Assembly (NCBI GenBank): GCA_035419245.1
Contig: DAOLSP010000001.1
Location: forward strand, 203,364 to 267,363
Reading direction: 5' to 3'
DNA length: 64,000 bases
From: a bacterium
GTDB taxonomy: Bacteria; Zhuqueibacterota; Zhuqueibacteria; Residuimicrobiales; Residuimicrobiaceae
Of the stretch, positions 36,043 to 46,726 are shown in pieces. The notes beneath the pieces are model-generated. The model was not told the DNA's origin and did not search any database. It was given only the letters and a program-made list of their open reading frames with translations. Made by a program: the position numbers and the translations under genes. How positions within the stretch are numbered: position 1 is the first letter of the stretch; each line of letters opens with the position of its first letter.

Positions 36043-37302
36043 ATGTCCAACAAAGTAAAGATCATCATCGGCCTTGCCGCCATCGCCATCATCGCCGCCA
36101 TGGTCGTGGTCAACCTGCGCAAGAGCCGAGGTGAAGTGATCGAAATCACCTCCACGGAGGTCAAACGCGGAGATATCAGCCGGACCGTCTCCGGCTCGGG
36201 CAAGGTTCAGCCCGTCACCGACATCAAGATCGCCGCCCGCATTTCGGCCGAGATTAAAAAGATCCACGTCAAGGAGGGGGATGCAGTCAAACAGGGCCAG
36301 CTGCTGGTAGAGCTGGATCGTGCGAGCTATGCCGCCTATGCCGAACAGATCCAGTCGCAACTGAGTTCCGCCAAAGCAGCGGTGAAAAAGGCGGATGCCG
36401 ACTATGCCCGCATCAAGGGGCTCTTCGACAAAAACCTCGCCTCCCAGGCGGAACTGGACGCGGCGGAGGCGACCCGCATGTCGGCGGCAGCCAGCCTGGA
36501 TCAAGCGCGCGCCGCGCTGAAGCAGGCGAATGATGATCTCGATAAAACTAGACTGCTCTCCCCGATTGACGGCACGGTTACAAAACTCAACAAGGAAGAG
36601 GGGGAGATTGCCGTGGGCTCGCAATTTCAGGCCGATATCATCATGAACCTGGCCAACCTGAAGGATATGGAGGTTCTCGCCGATATCGATGAAAACGAGG
36701 TCGTTCTAGTGCATCTCGGTGATAAAACCACGATCGAGGTGGATGCCATTCCAGATACCACCTTCCAAGGCCGGGTGACCGAGATCGCCCACGTCGCCAC
36801 GACGACCAACGCCGGCACCCAGGAACAGGTGACCAACTTTGAGGTCAAGATCGGCGTCACCTCGGATGTCGCCAAGCTGCGGCCGGGAATGTCCGCCACC
36901 GTTGATATCCTGACCGAAACCCGGCCCAATGTCCTCTACGTGCCGATCCAGTCGGTCACTGCGCGCGATCTCAAGGCGGACTCGTTGAAGAATAATACCG
37001 CCCAGAAAAAGCCGGAGAAGGACACGGCCAGCAGCGAAACGAACGCGGCTAAAAAGAGCAAAAAAGAGAGCAAAACCGATCTGACCGAGATCGTCTTCGT
37101 CGTCCAAAACGGTACCGTCAAAGCCGTCCCGGTCAAGACTGGTATCAGCGATGACAACAATATCGAGATCATCTCCGGCTTGACCGAAGGCCAAAAGGTC
37201 GTCACCGGCAGCTACAAAGCGCTCTCCAAACTCCTCAAGGACGGCAGCCAAGTCAAGGAGAAAAAGAGCACCGGCGTCGAGGAAGAGGAAGCGAAAAAGT
37301 GA
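36043..37302 (+). CDS. Periplasmic adaptor (MacA-like)
   Basis: SGSGKVQP...[16 protein letters not shown] and [11 protein letters not shown]. Confidence 0.92.
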   Translation: MSNKVKIIIGLAAIAIIAAMVVVNLRKSRGEVIEITSTEVKRGDISRTVSGSGKVQPVTDIKIAARISAEIKKIHVKEGDAVKQGQLLVELDRASYAAYAEQIQSQLSSAKAAVKKADADYARIKGLFDKNLASQAELDAAEATRMSAAASLDQARAALKQANDDLDKTRLLSPIDGTVTKLNKEEGEIAVGSQFQADIIMNLANLKDMEVLADIDENEVVLVHLGDKTTIEVDAIPDTTFQGRVTEIAHVATTTNAGTQEQVTNFEVKIGVTSDVAKLRPGMSATVDILTETRPNVLYVPIQSVTARDLKADSLKNNTAQKKPEKDTASSETNAAKKSKKESKTDLTEIVFVVQNGTVKAVPVKTGISDDNNIEIISGLTEGQKVVTGSYKALSKLLKDGSQVKEKKSTGVEEEEAKK

Positions 37303-37312
37303 GGAATGCCCC

Positions 37313-37993
37313 ATGCTAATCAAGCTTGACAAGATAGAGAAGGTCTATGAAGTCGGCACCGTGCAGGTGGCGGCGCTGCGCGGCATCAATCTCAATGTCG
37401 ATAAGAACGAATACCTCGCCATCATGGGACCCTCCGGCTCCGGAAAATCGACCCTGATGAATATCATCGGTTGTCTGGACACCCCATCGGGCGGCGATTA
37501 TCTGCTCAACCAGCACAATGTCAGTACCATGGATGATGATGAGCTGGCCGGGATCCGCAACCGTGAAATCGGCTTTGTCTTCCAGACCTTCAACCTACTG
37601 CCGCGCGCCACCGCCCTCCACAACGTCGAGCTGCCGATGATCTACAACGGCACCCCGGCGGCTATGCGGCGTAAAATGGCCGAGGAGGCACTGGAAAAGG
37701 TGGGGCTGGCCGATCGCATGCACCACAAACCCAATGAGCTCTCCGGCGGCCAGCGCCAGCGTGTCGCCATCGCCCGCGCCCTGGTCAACCGCCCCTCGAT
37801 CATCCTCGCCGACGAGCCGACCGGAAACCTCGACAGCCGCACCGGCGACGAGATTATGGAGATCTTTGAGGACCTGCACGAACAGGGCAATACCATCATT
37901 CTGGTCACACATGAAGAGTATATCGCCGAGCATTCCAACCGGATCGTCCGGTTGCGTGACGGACTCATCGAACGTGACGAATCGATCCACTGA
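37313..37993 (+). CDS. ABC transporter ATP-binding protein (MacB/LolD-like)
   Basis: [34 protein letters not shown] and VTHE. Confidence 0.96.
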   Translation: MLIKLDKIEKVYEVGTVQVAALRGINLNVDKNEYLAIMGPSGSGKSTLMNIIGCLDTPSGGDYLLNQHNVSTMDDDELAGIRNREIGFVFQTFNLLPRATALHNVELPMIYNGTPAAMRRKMAEEALEKVGLADRMHHKPNELSGGQRQRVAIARALVNRPSIILADEPTGNLDSRTGDEIMEIFEDLHEQGNTIILVTHEEYIAEHSNRIVRLRDGLIERDESIH

Positions 37994-38005
37994 CAGGGCC
38001 GTCTT

Positions 38006-39238
38006 ATGCGCATTCTGATCTACATGTGGGAAGGGATCCGCATCGCCTACGACGCCTTGCGCTCTTACAAGATGCGATCCATCCTGACCACCTTGGGCAT
38101 CGTCATCGGGGTGACCACCGTCATCACCATCGTCGCCCTCATCCAGGGATTGAACGGGGCTTTCTCCAAAGAGATCTCCTCCATCGGCACCGATACGGTC
38201 TACATCCAGAAATTCCCGTGGGTGATGAAGGAGGATGACTGGCTCAAATACCGCAATCGCCCGAATCTCACCCTGGAGGAGTCCAACAAGATCAGGTCTG
38301 CCTCGCGCCTGGCGATCGCCGTCGCCCCCCAAATCAATACCGCCCGCACGGTCAAATACGGAGAAAAGGCGGTGGAACGGGTCATCATCACCGGCACCAC
38401 CGCAGATTATCTTTACACCTCGAATGCCAATCCGGAATACGGGCGCTTTTTCAGCGAGAACGATGTCAACAGCAACCGCCGGGTCTGTGTCCTCGGCTAT
38501 GAGGTAGCCGAGAAGCTTTTCGGCCAGTCCGATCCGCTCGGCAAGCGCATTATCATCGGCGGGCGCAAATTTCGCGTCATCGGGGTTCTCGATAAAAAGG
38601 GCTCCTTTTTCGGCTGGAACATGGATATCCTGGCGATCATTCCCATCGGGGCGTTCAAGTCCGCCTTCGGCGCCCAACGCCGCTCGATCGAGATCGAGGT
38701 CAAGCTGAATTCGCCGGATCAGATCGAGGAAGCCGAGTATGAACTCACCGGACTCATGCGCCATATCCGCAAGCTCACCCCAGGCAAAGAGAACAATTTC
38801 GCCATCAACAAGCAGAGCATGCTCCTCGATACCTACAACCAGTTGACGGGCACCCTCTGGGCGGTCGCCATCGGGGTCGGTGCCATTTCCCTGCTGGTCG
38901 GTGGCATCGGCATCATGAACATTCTGCTGGTCTCGGTGACCGAACGGACGCGCGAAATCGGCGTCCGCAAGGCCCTGGGGGCGCGTAAATCGGACATCCT
39001 CTGGCAGTTTCTGATCGAGGCGATGATGATCTGCGCCCTCGGCGTTCTCATCGGCATCGCCCTGGCCGTCGGCATCGCCAAGCTCGTCGCGGCCACCACG
39101 CCGGTCCCTGCGGCGATTACGTGGTGGGTCGCCATTCTCGGTCTCTTTTTTGTCGTCGCCATCGGGCTCTTCTTCGGGATCTATCCGGCCAGCAAAGCGG
39201 CCCGGCTCAATCCCATTGAAGCCTTGCGCTACGAATAA
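38006..39238 (+). CDS. ABC transporter permease (MacB family)
   Basis: RSILTTLGIVIG, GGIGIMNILLVSVTERTREIG and LNPIEALRYE. Confidence 0.94.
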   Translation: MRILIYMWEGIRIAYDALRSYKMRSILTTLGIVIGVTTVITIVALIQGLNGAFSKEISSIGTDTVYIQKFPWVMKEDDWLKYRNRPNLTLEESNKIRSASRLAIAVAPQINTARTVKYGEKAVERVIITGTTADYLYTSNANPEYGRFFSENDVNSNRRVCVLGYEVAEKLFGQSDPLGKRIIIGGRKFRVIGVLDKKGSFFGWNMDILAIIPIGAFKSAFGAQRRSIEIEVKLNSPDQIEEAEYELTGLMRHIRKLTPGKENNFAINKQSMLLDTYNQLTGTLWAVAIGVGAISLLVGGIGIMNILLVSVTERTREIGVRKALGARKSDILWQFLIEAMMICALGVLIGIALAVGIAKLVAATTPVPAAITWWVAILGLFFVVAIGLFFGIYPASKAARLNPIEALRYE

Positions 39239-39259
39239 CTCTTGCAGGCAGGTTGATCC

Positions 39260-40486
39260 ATGATTTTCACCGACACCCTCAATCTGGCTTTGGCAGCCTT
39301 CCGCACCAACAAGATGCGTTCGATCCTGACGCTGCTGGGCATCATCATCGGCGTAATGACCATCATTGCCATGCAGTCGCTGATCACCGGACTGCGCAAG
39401 AGCATCGACCAGCAAGTCAGCGGTCTGGGCAACAATGTCTTTCAGGTGCAAAAGTGGCCGGCCATCAACATGGGACCACATGACCGTGACAAGTATCGCA
39501 ACCGCAAGGACATCACCTATGAGGATGCCATAGCGGTGCGTGAGCGCGTTTCCGCAGCGAGGGCGGTTGGCGCCGAGGTCTGGAACTGGGGGCAGGAGAT
39601 CCGCTACAAAGACCGTAAAACCCTGGCCAACGTCCAGACCGCCGGAGTGACGCCTGAATTCCTTGAGAACAATGGCTTGGAGATCGCTGAGGGGCGTTTC
39701 ATCACCGCCGAGGATGTCGAACTCAACGTCGCGGTTACCGTCATTGGCGCCGATGTCGTCGACAAGCTCTTTCCCATCGAGGACCCCCTGGGAAAAGAGA
39801 TCAAGATCATGGGCAGGCGGTTTGAAGTGGTCGGCATCTTCGCCAAGAAAGGGAGCGTTTTCGGCCAGAGCCAGGACAACAAACTGGCCATCCCCTTTTT
39901 CCAGTTCGTTAAGCTCTTCGGCAAGGAACGCTCAGTCAACATCACGGTTCAGGCGGTGACCCCGGCGCTGCTCGAGACCGCCATGGACCAGACTATCGGG
40001 GTCATGCGGACCCAACGCAAGGTCAAGCCCGGCGTGGAAAACGATTTTGAACTCTATTCCAATGACACCATCACCGGCTTTTTTGACAATCTCACCAAGT
40101 ATGTGCGCATCGTTGCCATCGCCATCGCCTCGATCTCGCTCCTGGTGGCCGGGGTCGGCATCATGAATATCATGCTGGTATCGGTGACCGAGCGCACACG
40201 CGAGATCGGCATCCGCAAATCCGTGGGCGCTAAACGCTCCGATATTCTCTGGCAGTTCCTGATCGAGGCGATCGTCCTCAGCGAGGTCGGCGGCATCATC
40301 GGCATTGTTTTCGGACTGGGCATCGGCAAGCTGGTCGACGCCTTCACCCCGGTGCCCGCAGCCGTGCCCATCTGGACTGTCATCCTCGGACTGGTGTTCT
40401 GCTCCTTTGTGGGTTTGATTTTTGGGGTCTATCCGGCCATGAAAGCCGCCAAGCTGGATCCCATCGTCGCACTGCGATTCGAGTAG
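39260..40486 (+). CDS. ABC transporter permease (MacB family)
   Basis: RSILTLLGIIIG, GVGIMNIMLVSVTERTREIG and LDPIVALRFE. Confidence 0.94.
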   Translation: MIFTDTLNLALAAFRTNKMRSILTLLGIIIGVMTIIAMQSLITGLRKSIDQQVSGLGNNVFQVQKWPAINMGPHDRDKYRNRKDITYEDAIAVRERVSAARAVGAEVWNWGQEIRYKDRKTLANVQTAGVTPEFLENNGLEIAEGRFITAEDVELNVAVTVIGADVVDKLFPIEDPLGKEIKIMGRRFEVVGIFAKKGSVFGQSQDNKLAIPFFQFVKLFGKERSVNITVQAVTPALLETAMDQTIGVMRTQRKVKPGVENDFELYSNDTITGFFDNLTKYVRIVAIAIASISLLVAGVGIMNIMLVSVTERTREIGIRKSVGAKRSDILWQFLIEAIVLSEVGGIIGIVFGLGIGKLVDAFTPVPAAVPIWTVILGLVFCSFVGLIFGVYPAMKAAKLDPIVALRFE

Positions 40487-40513
40487 GTAGTTCTTCTTTC
40501 GACTGGAGGTCTC

Positions 40514-40852
40514 ATGGAAATCGATATGAAAAATGAAGCGGGCGTCTTGATTTTTACCCTGCGGGGTGATCTGATGGGCGGTCCGGAAGCCGAATCCTTT
40601 CACAAAGCGGTCGAGTCGGCCATTGAAAAGGAACAGGTTCAGGCGATCGCCGATCTTAGCCAGGTCCACTGGATGAACAGCTCGGGACTGGGCATGCTGA
40701 TACGCGGCATGATCAGCCTGCGCAGCAGCGGCGGCGATCTGCGCCTCACCGGCATCTCCGAGCGCGTGCGTCGTACCATGGAGATTGCCCGCCTGGATAC
40801 AGTTTTTCATCACTTCAATTCAGTCACAGAGGCCATCAATAGCTATAAATAA
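40514..40852 (+). CDS. STAS-domain anti-sigma-factor antagonist
   Basis: 112 aa with DLSQVHWMNSSGLGML (phosphorylatable Ser motif). Confidence 0.9.
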   Translation: MEIDMKNEAGVLIFTLRGDLMGGPEAESFHKAVESAIEKEQVQAIADLSQVHWMNSSGLGMLIRGMISLRSSGGDLRLTGISERVRRTMEIARLDTVFHHFNSVTEAINSYK

Positions 40853-40863
40853 AGGAGGGGCGT

Positions 40864-41442
40864 ATGATCCAGCTAAGCCGGGAAGAAATCATCGCAAGGC
40901 TCCATAGCGGCCAGCCGCTGGCGGATGTCAACATGGTCGGTGTCGATCTCTCCTATGAATCGCTTAAGGGTATCGATCTCTCCGGTCTCGACCTGCATGA
41001 CGCCCACTTGCAGAACTGCAACCTCGAAGGCGCCAACCTCGCCGGCAGCAACCTGGAGAAGGCCTTTCTCTTTGGGGCCAATTTGCACAAGGCCAACCTG
41101 AATGGCGCCATACTGAATGAGGCCAACCTTCAGGATAGCAATCTCGACGAAGCCACTCTGGTCAAGGCCCAGCTCTGTCATGCCTCTCTTTTCGGTTCAA
41201 GCCTGGAGAGAGCCGACCTCACCGATGCCGACCTGAGCCGTGCCCGGATGAAACGGGCCAATCTGCGCTATGCCCGTCTGCACCGCGCCAACCTCCAAAG
41301 CGTCCACCTCGAGCGCGCTGTTCTGATCGGTGCCACCCTCGAGGGTGCCGATCTCTCCAATGCCAACTTCATCAATGCCGAAATCCAGGAGGCCAACCTG
41401 GCCGGGACCCGGCGCGAAGGGGCCATCGGCCTTCCGGCCTGA
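40864..41442 (+). CDS. Pentapeptide repeat protein
   Basis: Continuous A[D/N]LxX pentapeptide repeats over about 170 aa. Confidence 0.95.
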   Translation: MIQLSREEIIARLHSGQPLADVNMVGVDLSYESLKGIDLSGLDLHDAHLQNCNLEGANLAGSNLEKAFLFGANLHKANLNGAILNEANLQDSNLDEATLVKAQLCHASLFGSSLERADLTDADLSRARMKRANLRYARLHRANLQSVHLERAVLIGATLEGADLSNANFINAEIQEANLAGTRREGAIGLPA

Positions 41443-41476
41443 CTGGCCACACCAGCCTGCTCCGTTCTATTACACC

Positions 41477-41508
41477 AAGCCCCGGATGTATCGGGGCTTT
41501 TACTTTTT
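41477..41508 (+). terminator. Intrinsic terminator
   Basis: aagccccgg-atgta-tcggggctt followed by a T-rich tail. Confidence 0.75.
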
Positions 41509-41564
41509 GCTTGATTCTCATCCCCGCCCGTCGTACCTTTTTAAAAAGAAGCATAGGCTGAACC

Positions 41565-42548
41565 GTGATCCCGACGCTTGAAGAAAGATTGGCCGCCTGC
41601 AGGGCTCTCATCCAGGAGCACTTCCAGCACCTTGTATCGCAGGACGATCCTCCTGAACTTTATGAGCCCATGCGCTACGCCCTGGCCCAGCCAGGCAAAC
41701 AGTTGCGCCCGACTCTGTTGCTCCTTTGTGCCGAAGCAGCCGGCGGCCGCATGGAACAGGCCCTGGATGCCGCCCTGGCCATCGAGGTGATTCATACCTT
41801 TACCCTGGTCCACGACGATATCATGGATCATGACGAACTGCGCCGCGGACGGCCGACCGTGCACCGTCGCTGGGATGAGAATGTCGCACTGCTCGCCGGA
41901 GACGGCCTTTTGGTTCTGGGATATGCGCTGCTCGCCCGCCTGGAACCCCGCCGGGTTCCGGAAATTCTGCAACTTTACTCGAGTGCCATTCTCGAAATCT
42001 GTGAGGGCCAGGCCCTCGACAAGGCCTTTGAGACACGTTCGGAAATTTCCCTGGAGAGTTATTACCGCATGATCCACAAGAAAACTGGACGGCTCTTTGC
42101 GCTCGCCTGCGAGGCGGGCGCCATCCTGGGCGGCGGGGATGCCGGGACGGTCGCCGCACTTGGGACGTATGGCGCCATGGTGGGCCGGGCTTTTCAATTG
42201 CAGGACGATTTGCTCGATGTTCTCGGAGATGAAAAAACAATTGGCAAGGATGTCGGCAGTGACCTTGAGGAGAATAAAAAGACCTTTCTCATCACCCACG
42301 CCCGGGGTACAGCCAGCCCAGGACAGCGGGAGCGGCTGAATGAGCTGACAGCGGCCAGGCCTCTCACGCGGGAGCGGCTCGCCGAAATCATCGCCCTTTT
42401 TAACGAAATCGGCTCCATCTCGGCCGCCCACGCCGAAATCGGCCGCTCCCTCCAGGCTGCGCGAATCGCCCTGAGCCCGCTGCCGCAGAACGCTGCCTCC
42501 CGCGATCTTACCAGCTTGCTCGAAACCATAGCCGGGCGGACCTTTTAG
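41565..42548 (+). CDS. Polyprenyl (probably geranylgeranyl) diphosphate synthase
   Basis: GKQLRP, FARM HTFTLVHDDIMD with Phe at -5, RRGRPT, KTG and SARM FQLQDDLLD; GTG start. Confidence 0.9.
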   Translation: MIPTLEERLAACRALIQEHFQHLVSQDDPPELYEPMRYALAQPGKQLRPTLLLLCAEAAGGRMEQALDAALAIEVIHTFTLVHDDIMDHDELRRGRPTVHRRWDENVALLAGDGLLVLGYALLARLEPRRVPEILQLYSSAILEICEGQALDKAFETRSEISLESYYRMIHKKTGRLFALACEAGAILGGGDAGTVAALGTYGAMVGRAFQLQDDLLDVLGDEKTIGKDVGSDLEENKKTFLITHARGTASPGQRERLNELTAARPLTRERLAEIIALFNEIGSISAAHAEIGRSLQAARIALSPLPQNAASRDLTSLLETIAGRTF

Positions 42549-42570
42549 CGCGGCCCGTTCCCGGTTATCT

Positions 42571-42602
42571 AAAAAAAGCCCTGGCATGCCAGGGCTTTTT
42601 TT
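42571..42602. terminator. Bidirectional terminator (perfect 32-bp palindrome)
   Basis: aaaaaaagccctggca|tgccagggcttttttt between convergent genes. Confidence 0.9.
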
Positions 42603-42639
42603 GGGGCTGAACGCGGTCGTACGGCGGCCGGAACAGCTT

Positions 42640-43392
42640 TCAGGACTCCACAGCGGGTCGCCGCTGCTGTGAGAGCAGCATGCAAATCGGCACGTGCGGC
42701 GACCTCTTGCGCGAAAAAGCGGAGGAAGGACGACCGCGCCGCTGGCTGCGCCGCGCCTCTTCGCGCAGAACGATCGCTTTGAACGAGCTCAGCCGCAAGG
42801 CCTCTTCGCTCGGGCCGCCGGCGCTGCGCTGCGAGATGCGCAAATAATCTGCGGCTATGCTCTGCACACCGCGGTCAAGATAATAGATAGCCCGCTGGGT
42901 CTGGGCCGCCTCAAGACTCATCGCGCAAAGAGCGAAGTAATAGGTCATATGCAGGGTTGGCATCATTTCGAGCGCATTCTCCGCTGCCGTACAGCCTCTG
43001 CTGAAGCGATAGGAGAACCGCACCAGTTCCATGCAATGGTGCAGATCCTGCGCGCAGGCCTTGTACTCTCCCAATTTGAGAAATGCCAGCGCACGCGGAA
43101 AGTAACTGAGCAATTCCTCCTCAAGATGGCGCTGCTCCTGGGTAGTGAGCGCTTTACTCTCCCCCCGGCGATGCAAGGCCCGAACCTCCTCGCGATAGAG
43201 CAGGAGATAGCTGCCGAACCCCCTGGCGGACATGCCATCCGGCCGGCCGCTCCAAAGTAAACGGTAAAAGACCGCATTTTCGAGGTTAATCTGGAGCCGT
43301 TGGCGGCCCTCCACCTTGCGGATCCGTCGCACCCGCATGCTGTTGGCACTCTGGAGCCAGTAATACAGGATTGGCTCGGTTTCCTGATTCAT
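42640..43392 (-). CDS. Hypothetical protein (GRPDG motif, helical C-terminal half)
   Basis: 250-aa ORF with SD-like gggatgagag. It resembles, from memory, a planctomycete-type family annotated as UvrB/UvrC-motif proteins, but shows no clear UVR tail. Confidence 0.55.
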   Translation of the reverse strand: MNQETEPILYYWLQSANSMRVRRIRKVEGRQRLQINLENAVFYRLLWSGRPDGMSARGFGSYLLLYREEVRALHRRGESKALTTQEQRHLEEELLSYFPRALAFLKLGEYKACAQDLHHCMELVRFSYRFSRGCTAAENALEMMPTLHMTYYFALCAMSLEAAQTQRAIYYLDRGVQSIAADYLRISQRSAGGPSEEALRLSSFKAIVLREEARRSQRRGRPSSAFSRKRSPHVPICMLLSQQRRPAVES

Positions 43393-43636
43393 TCTCTCAT
43401 CCCTTCATCCCTCCACCCAACCGCGGCGGGTTGCCCCCCGCCGGTCACCTCAAATGAAACCTATGGTGCCCGAAGAAACCGAATAACAGCCGTCCTTCCC
43501 ATCCCCTACGGCGATGCTCTCGAGAATGCGCCCTTATTAAGCCCTATCACATACTTGTAAAGTATAGCGGCAGAAGCGTAAAACTGCGTATACTTTTTGC
43601 TGTATTTATTTAAACCCGCCGCCGGCTGGCGACATC

Positions 43637-45175
43637 CTAATGCCGGTGCAGGTCCTTGTGCATCAACTTGCGGGTCTCCTCCAGTCGATCATCGGCGGGC
43701 AGGTGCAGCAGATGATTGTTGAGATCCTCATCCTGTTCGGCAAAAAGAAGCCTGGCCATGTAGTCAATGATGCTACTCGGGAAGATCCCATCGCGCTCAT
43801 AAAGCATCCTTTTTTCCAGCAGCAGCTTGGCCGATTCGACACAACTCTTGGGCAGGGCCTGCAGCCGTTTGAGCAGTTCCGGATCTTCAAAAATGTTCCC
43901 CTTGACGTAGAGCTGATCGGCCAACTTCGCCGATTGCGGGTGGGTGAGTCCCCATTCGGCGGCCATGGTCATGCCCGCGAGCAGGAGATGAACGGCGGCG
44001 CTGCCATCGGGGCTGCGCAGCTCGACCGTCTGCCGTCCTGCCGCCGTACCGCTCTCCTCCTGTTGCTGCGGATTCAGCTTGTGCCCCAGGTCGTTGGCGC
44101 TGACCCACCCAAGCGGCACGCGGATCATCGCCGAACGGTTGCAGTCGCTCCAACAGATGCGGGTGGGAGCCTCCTGGTTGGGCACCAGGCGCAGATAGGC
44201 GGAAGAGATGGTGTTGCCGAAAGCGGTGAGGGAATCGGCATAGGTGCAGAAGCCGCCGATCAACTGCCGGGCTTCTCGGGTCAGCCGTCCGTCAGGGCCG
44301 AGCATCGCGTTTTTATGATCGCGGCACAGCTCCACATGAACATGCATCCCATTTCCAGCGATCCCTTCCTCCAGCTTGGGCGTGAAGCTGGCGACACAAT
44401 TGTTGCGATAGGCGACATTGCGGATCAGCCATTTGGCCAGCACCAGGATATCACCCGCCTCATCGATCGGGGTTGGCAGAAATTCGATCTCGAGCTGTTC
44501 GGCCCGTTTGCCGCTGATCTCCGCTAGATTGCTGTGAACCGTTTCGAGATATCCGACCTCACTATGGGCGTACTTGACCGAACCAGTGATCTGGGTGATA
44601 TACCGCACCATCTCATCCAACACCTTGCCGCTCTTGATGAAAGGTGCGGAAGCGTGATAACCGCGTTGTTTGCCAGCTAGAAAAATGTGGCTTTCCGGTT
44701 CGGCCAGAAGATAGAACTCAAGCTCGCCCAGCGCATTTAAAGAAAAGCCCGTTCTCTTTTGGAAGTGAGCATGGGCATTGAGGAGAATATTGTCCGGAGC
44801 GAAGGCGGCATATCCACCGCTACTATCCAGATAGCGGCAGATGAAATCGAGGCTGCTGGGATCGAACGGATTGAGGAAAGCCGTCTTGTAAAGCGGCACA
44901 ACATAGAGATCGGAGACCGAGGCATCGACCATGCCCTTGAAAAGGGAGGAGCCGTCCGCGCGTTCGCCGTCGGCTAGAATATGTTCAGCCTGATTCCGGT
45001 TGGCGAGCGGGAGCTTGAGTTCCTTGAGCTTGCCGTCCAGGGCCGTATAATGCAGGGTGATGCGTTCGATCCCGCGCTCTTCGATGAGGCGAATCAGATC
45101 TCGGCGCGTGAATTCTTCCCGCGGCTTGTCGAGGATCACGGAAACCGGATTTGCCAGGGCATAGGGTTCATTCAT
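43637..45175 (-). CDS. Glutamine synthetase family protein (Bacteroidetes-like type I)
   Basis: DGSS, GELEFYL, HSEVG, EIEF, PK...GNGMHVH, RLVP..EAP, NRSAMIRVP and ELRSPD. Confidence 0.9.
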   Translation of the reverse strand: MNEPYALANPVSVILDKPREEFTRRDLIRLIEERGIERITLHYTALDGKLKELKLPLANRNQAEHILADGERADGSSLFKGMVDASVSDLYVVPLYKTAFLNPFDPSSLDFICRYLDSSGGYAAFAPDNILLNAHAHFQKRTGFSLNALGELEFYLLAEPESHIFLAGKQRGYHASAPFIKSGKVLDEMVRYITQITGSVKYAHSEVGYLETVHSNLAEISGKRAEQLEIEFLPTPIDEAGDILVLAKWLIRNVAYRNNCVASFTPKLEEGIAGNGMHVHVELCRDHKNAMLGPDGRLTREARQLIGGFCTYADSLTAFGNTISSAYLRLVPNQEAPTRICWSDCNRSAMIRVPLGWVSANDLGHKLNPQQQEESGTAAGRQTVELRSPDGSAAVHLLLAGMTMAAEWGLTHPQSAKLADQLYVKGNIFEDPELLKRLQALPKSCVESAKLLLEKRMLYERDGIFPSSIIDYMARLLFAEQDEDLNNHLLHLPADDRLEETRKLMHKDLHRH

Positions 45176-45250
45176 CTCCACCTCCAGGGTCATGCAAGAG
45201 CCGGTTACCGATCCATCTGTTTTCGAGGCAACCGGGAGTGCAATTTACAG

Positions 45251-46609
45251 CTATAGGCCGTCAGGAACAAGCACATTTTTCCTGAGGGAAGGCAGGCGTA
45301 GACGTCGCAGATTCTCCTGGCGCACGTAGATAAAAAGCTCGATCAACTTGGCGCGCGGCAGCAGAGCGCTTTCGACTGCGAAGGCGGTGGAGCGGTAAAG
45401 ATTCCAGTCCGCGCGCGTCGCCGCCGGCAGATCCAGGCGATCATACACAGGGGTGCCGGGGGGTATGTAAAAGATGGAGGGGCCGACCAGGACACCGAGA
45501 TCCAGCAGGTAGTCGATACTCGTCTTGATCTCGCGTTCGTTCTGTCCCGGGAGGCCGAGGATGATATAGACGGTGACCTGGAGGCCGAGCCGCTGCGCCC
45601 TGGTGATGACCGTATCGAGGCCCTCTCCGACGTGAGGGCGATTATAGGCCTGACGCAGGCCAGGGTCCCCGGTTACAAAGGAGAGATTGAGCCGTTGGAA
45701 GCCCGCCGTCTGCATGAGCTCCAGGATCTCGGCGTCCAGGGTAGGGTAGCAGAGGCCGTTCATCGCGGTCAATTCAATGCCCGCCAGCCGGGGCGTAGCA
45801 CGGATGGCGAGCAGCAGCGCCTTGAACCACGACCGGCGCAGAGTCAGATTGTCGTCCTCGAAATTAAAGATCCGGACACCCCGGGCATGGAGAAGCTGCA
45901 TCTCCCAGAGCACATGGTCCACACTCCGGCAACGCAACCTCCGTCCGAACATCTTCTCCACACCACAAAAATCGCAGCCATGGGGGCAACCACGGGTGCA
46001 CTGCAGGGAGGCGTAGGGAATCCGTCCGATAAGGTAGCGTTCCGGTTCGACCAGATCGTGTGCGGGTGTCAGGGTGCGCCAATCGACTGCTTCCGCAAGG
46101 AGGGGTCCCTCACGGCCAAGCGTCAGATGACGAATCCCGGTTTCTGCCGGGCCGATGCAGACCGCATCGAGCGATGGGGTCCGTTTCAGGCATTCAGCGC
46201 CAAAGGCCGTGGCGTGATGGCCGCCGATGAAGACCGGGCACCCCACAGCCCTCTTGATGCGTGGCACCAGATCGTCCACATTTTTATAATAGGCGGTGAA
46301 CTGACTGGATATTCCCACCGCATCCGGGCGTGCCGCTGCAATCTCTGTCAACAGCGCCTCATCCTCGCGGCCAAATCGGTAGTAATGGCTGAAAAAGTGG
46401 GGCGTGGCGCCCAGGAAAGGTCGGAGATGGCGCAAGCCGGCTGGAAGCGCCAGGGTGCGTTTTTTCAGCGGCGTGAGGGCATCCACCAGTGTCACTTCAT
46501 GCCCGGCCCGGCGCAGCACAGCCGCTGTATAGAGCAATCCCAATGGATAGAGCCGGATGGGCGTGGTATAAAAATCCTCAAGAGGCGGTTGCAGCAGCAA
46601 GATGCGCAT
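45251..46609 (-). CDS. B12-binding radical SAM protein
   Basis: N-terminal cobalamin-binding-like region (PLGLLYTAA...DAVGIS) and CxxxCxxC in TRGCPHGCDFC. Confidence 0.9.
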   Translation of the reverse strand: MRILLLQPPLEDFYTTPIRLYPLGLLYTAAVLRRAGHEVTLVDALTPLKKRTLALPAGLRHLRPFLGATPHFFSHYYRFGREDEALLTEIAAARPDAVGISSQFTAYYKNVDDLVPRIKRAVGCPVFIGGHHATAFGAECLKRTPSLDAVCIGPAETGIRHLTLGREGPLLAEAVDWRTLTPAHDLVEPERYLIGRIPYASLQCTRGCPHGCDFCGVEKMFGRRLRCRSVDHVLWEMQLLHARGVRIFNFEDDNLTLRRSWFKALLLAIRATPRLAGIELTAMNGLCYPTLDAEILELMQTAGFQRLNLSFVTGDPGLRQAYNRPHVGEGLDTVITRAQRLGLQVTVYIILGLPGQNEREIKTSIDYLLDLGVLVGPSIFYIPPGTPVYDRLDLPAATRADWNLYRSTAFAVESALLPRAKLIELFIYVRQENLRRLRLPSLRKNVLVPDGL

Positions 46610-46726
46610 TGTTAATTTATCAGGAATTATTTGGCCGTTATTGCTTGTTTATTATGATAAATGACGCGAGGGGCGCAGATAAAGAACCGCCGCTCACTCA
46701 AGCGGCCCAGATGATAGTGAAAATTT

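Noticed and set aside
43461-43502. 13-aa minus-strand ORF MGRTAVIRFLRAP as a leader peptide
   Set aside because: No properly spaced SD, no informative codon run and no attenuator structure found.
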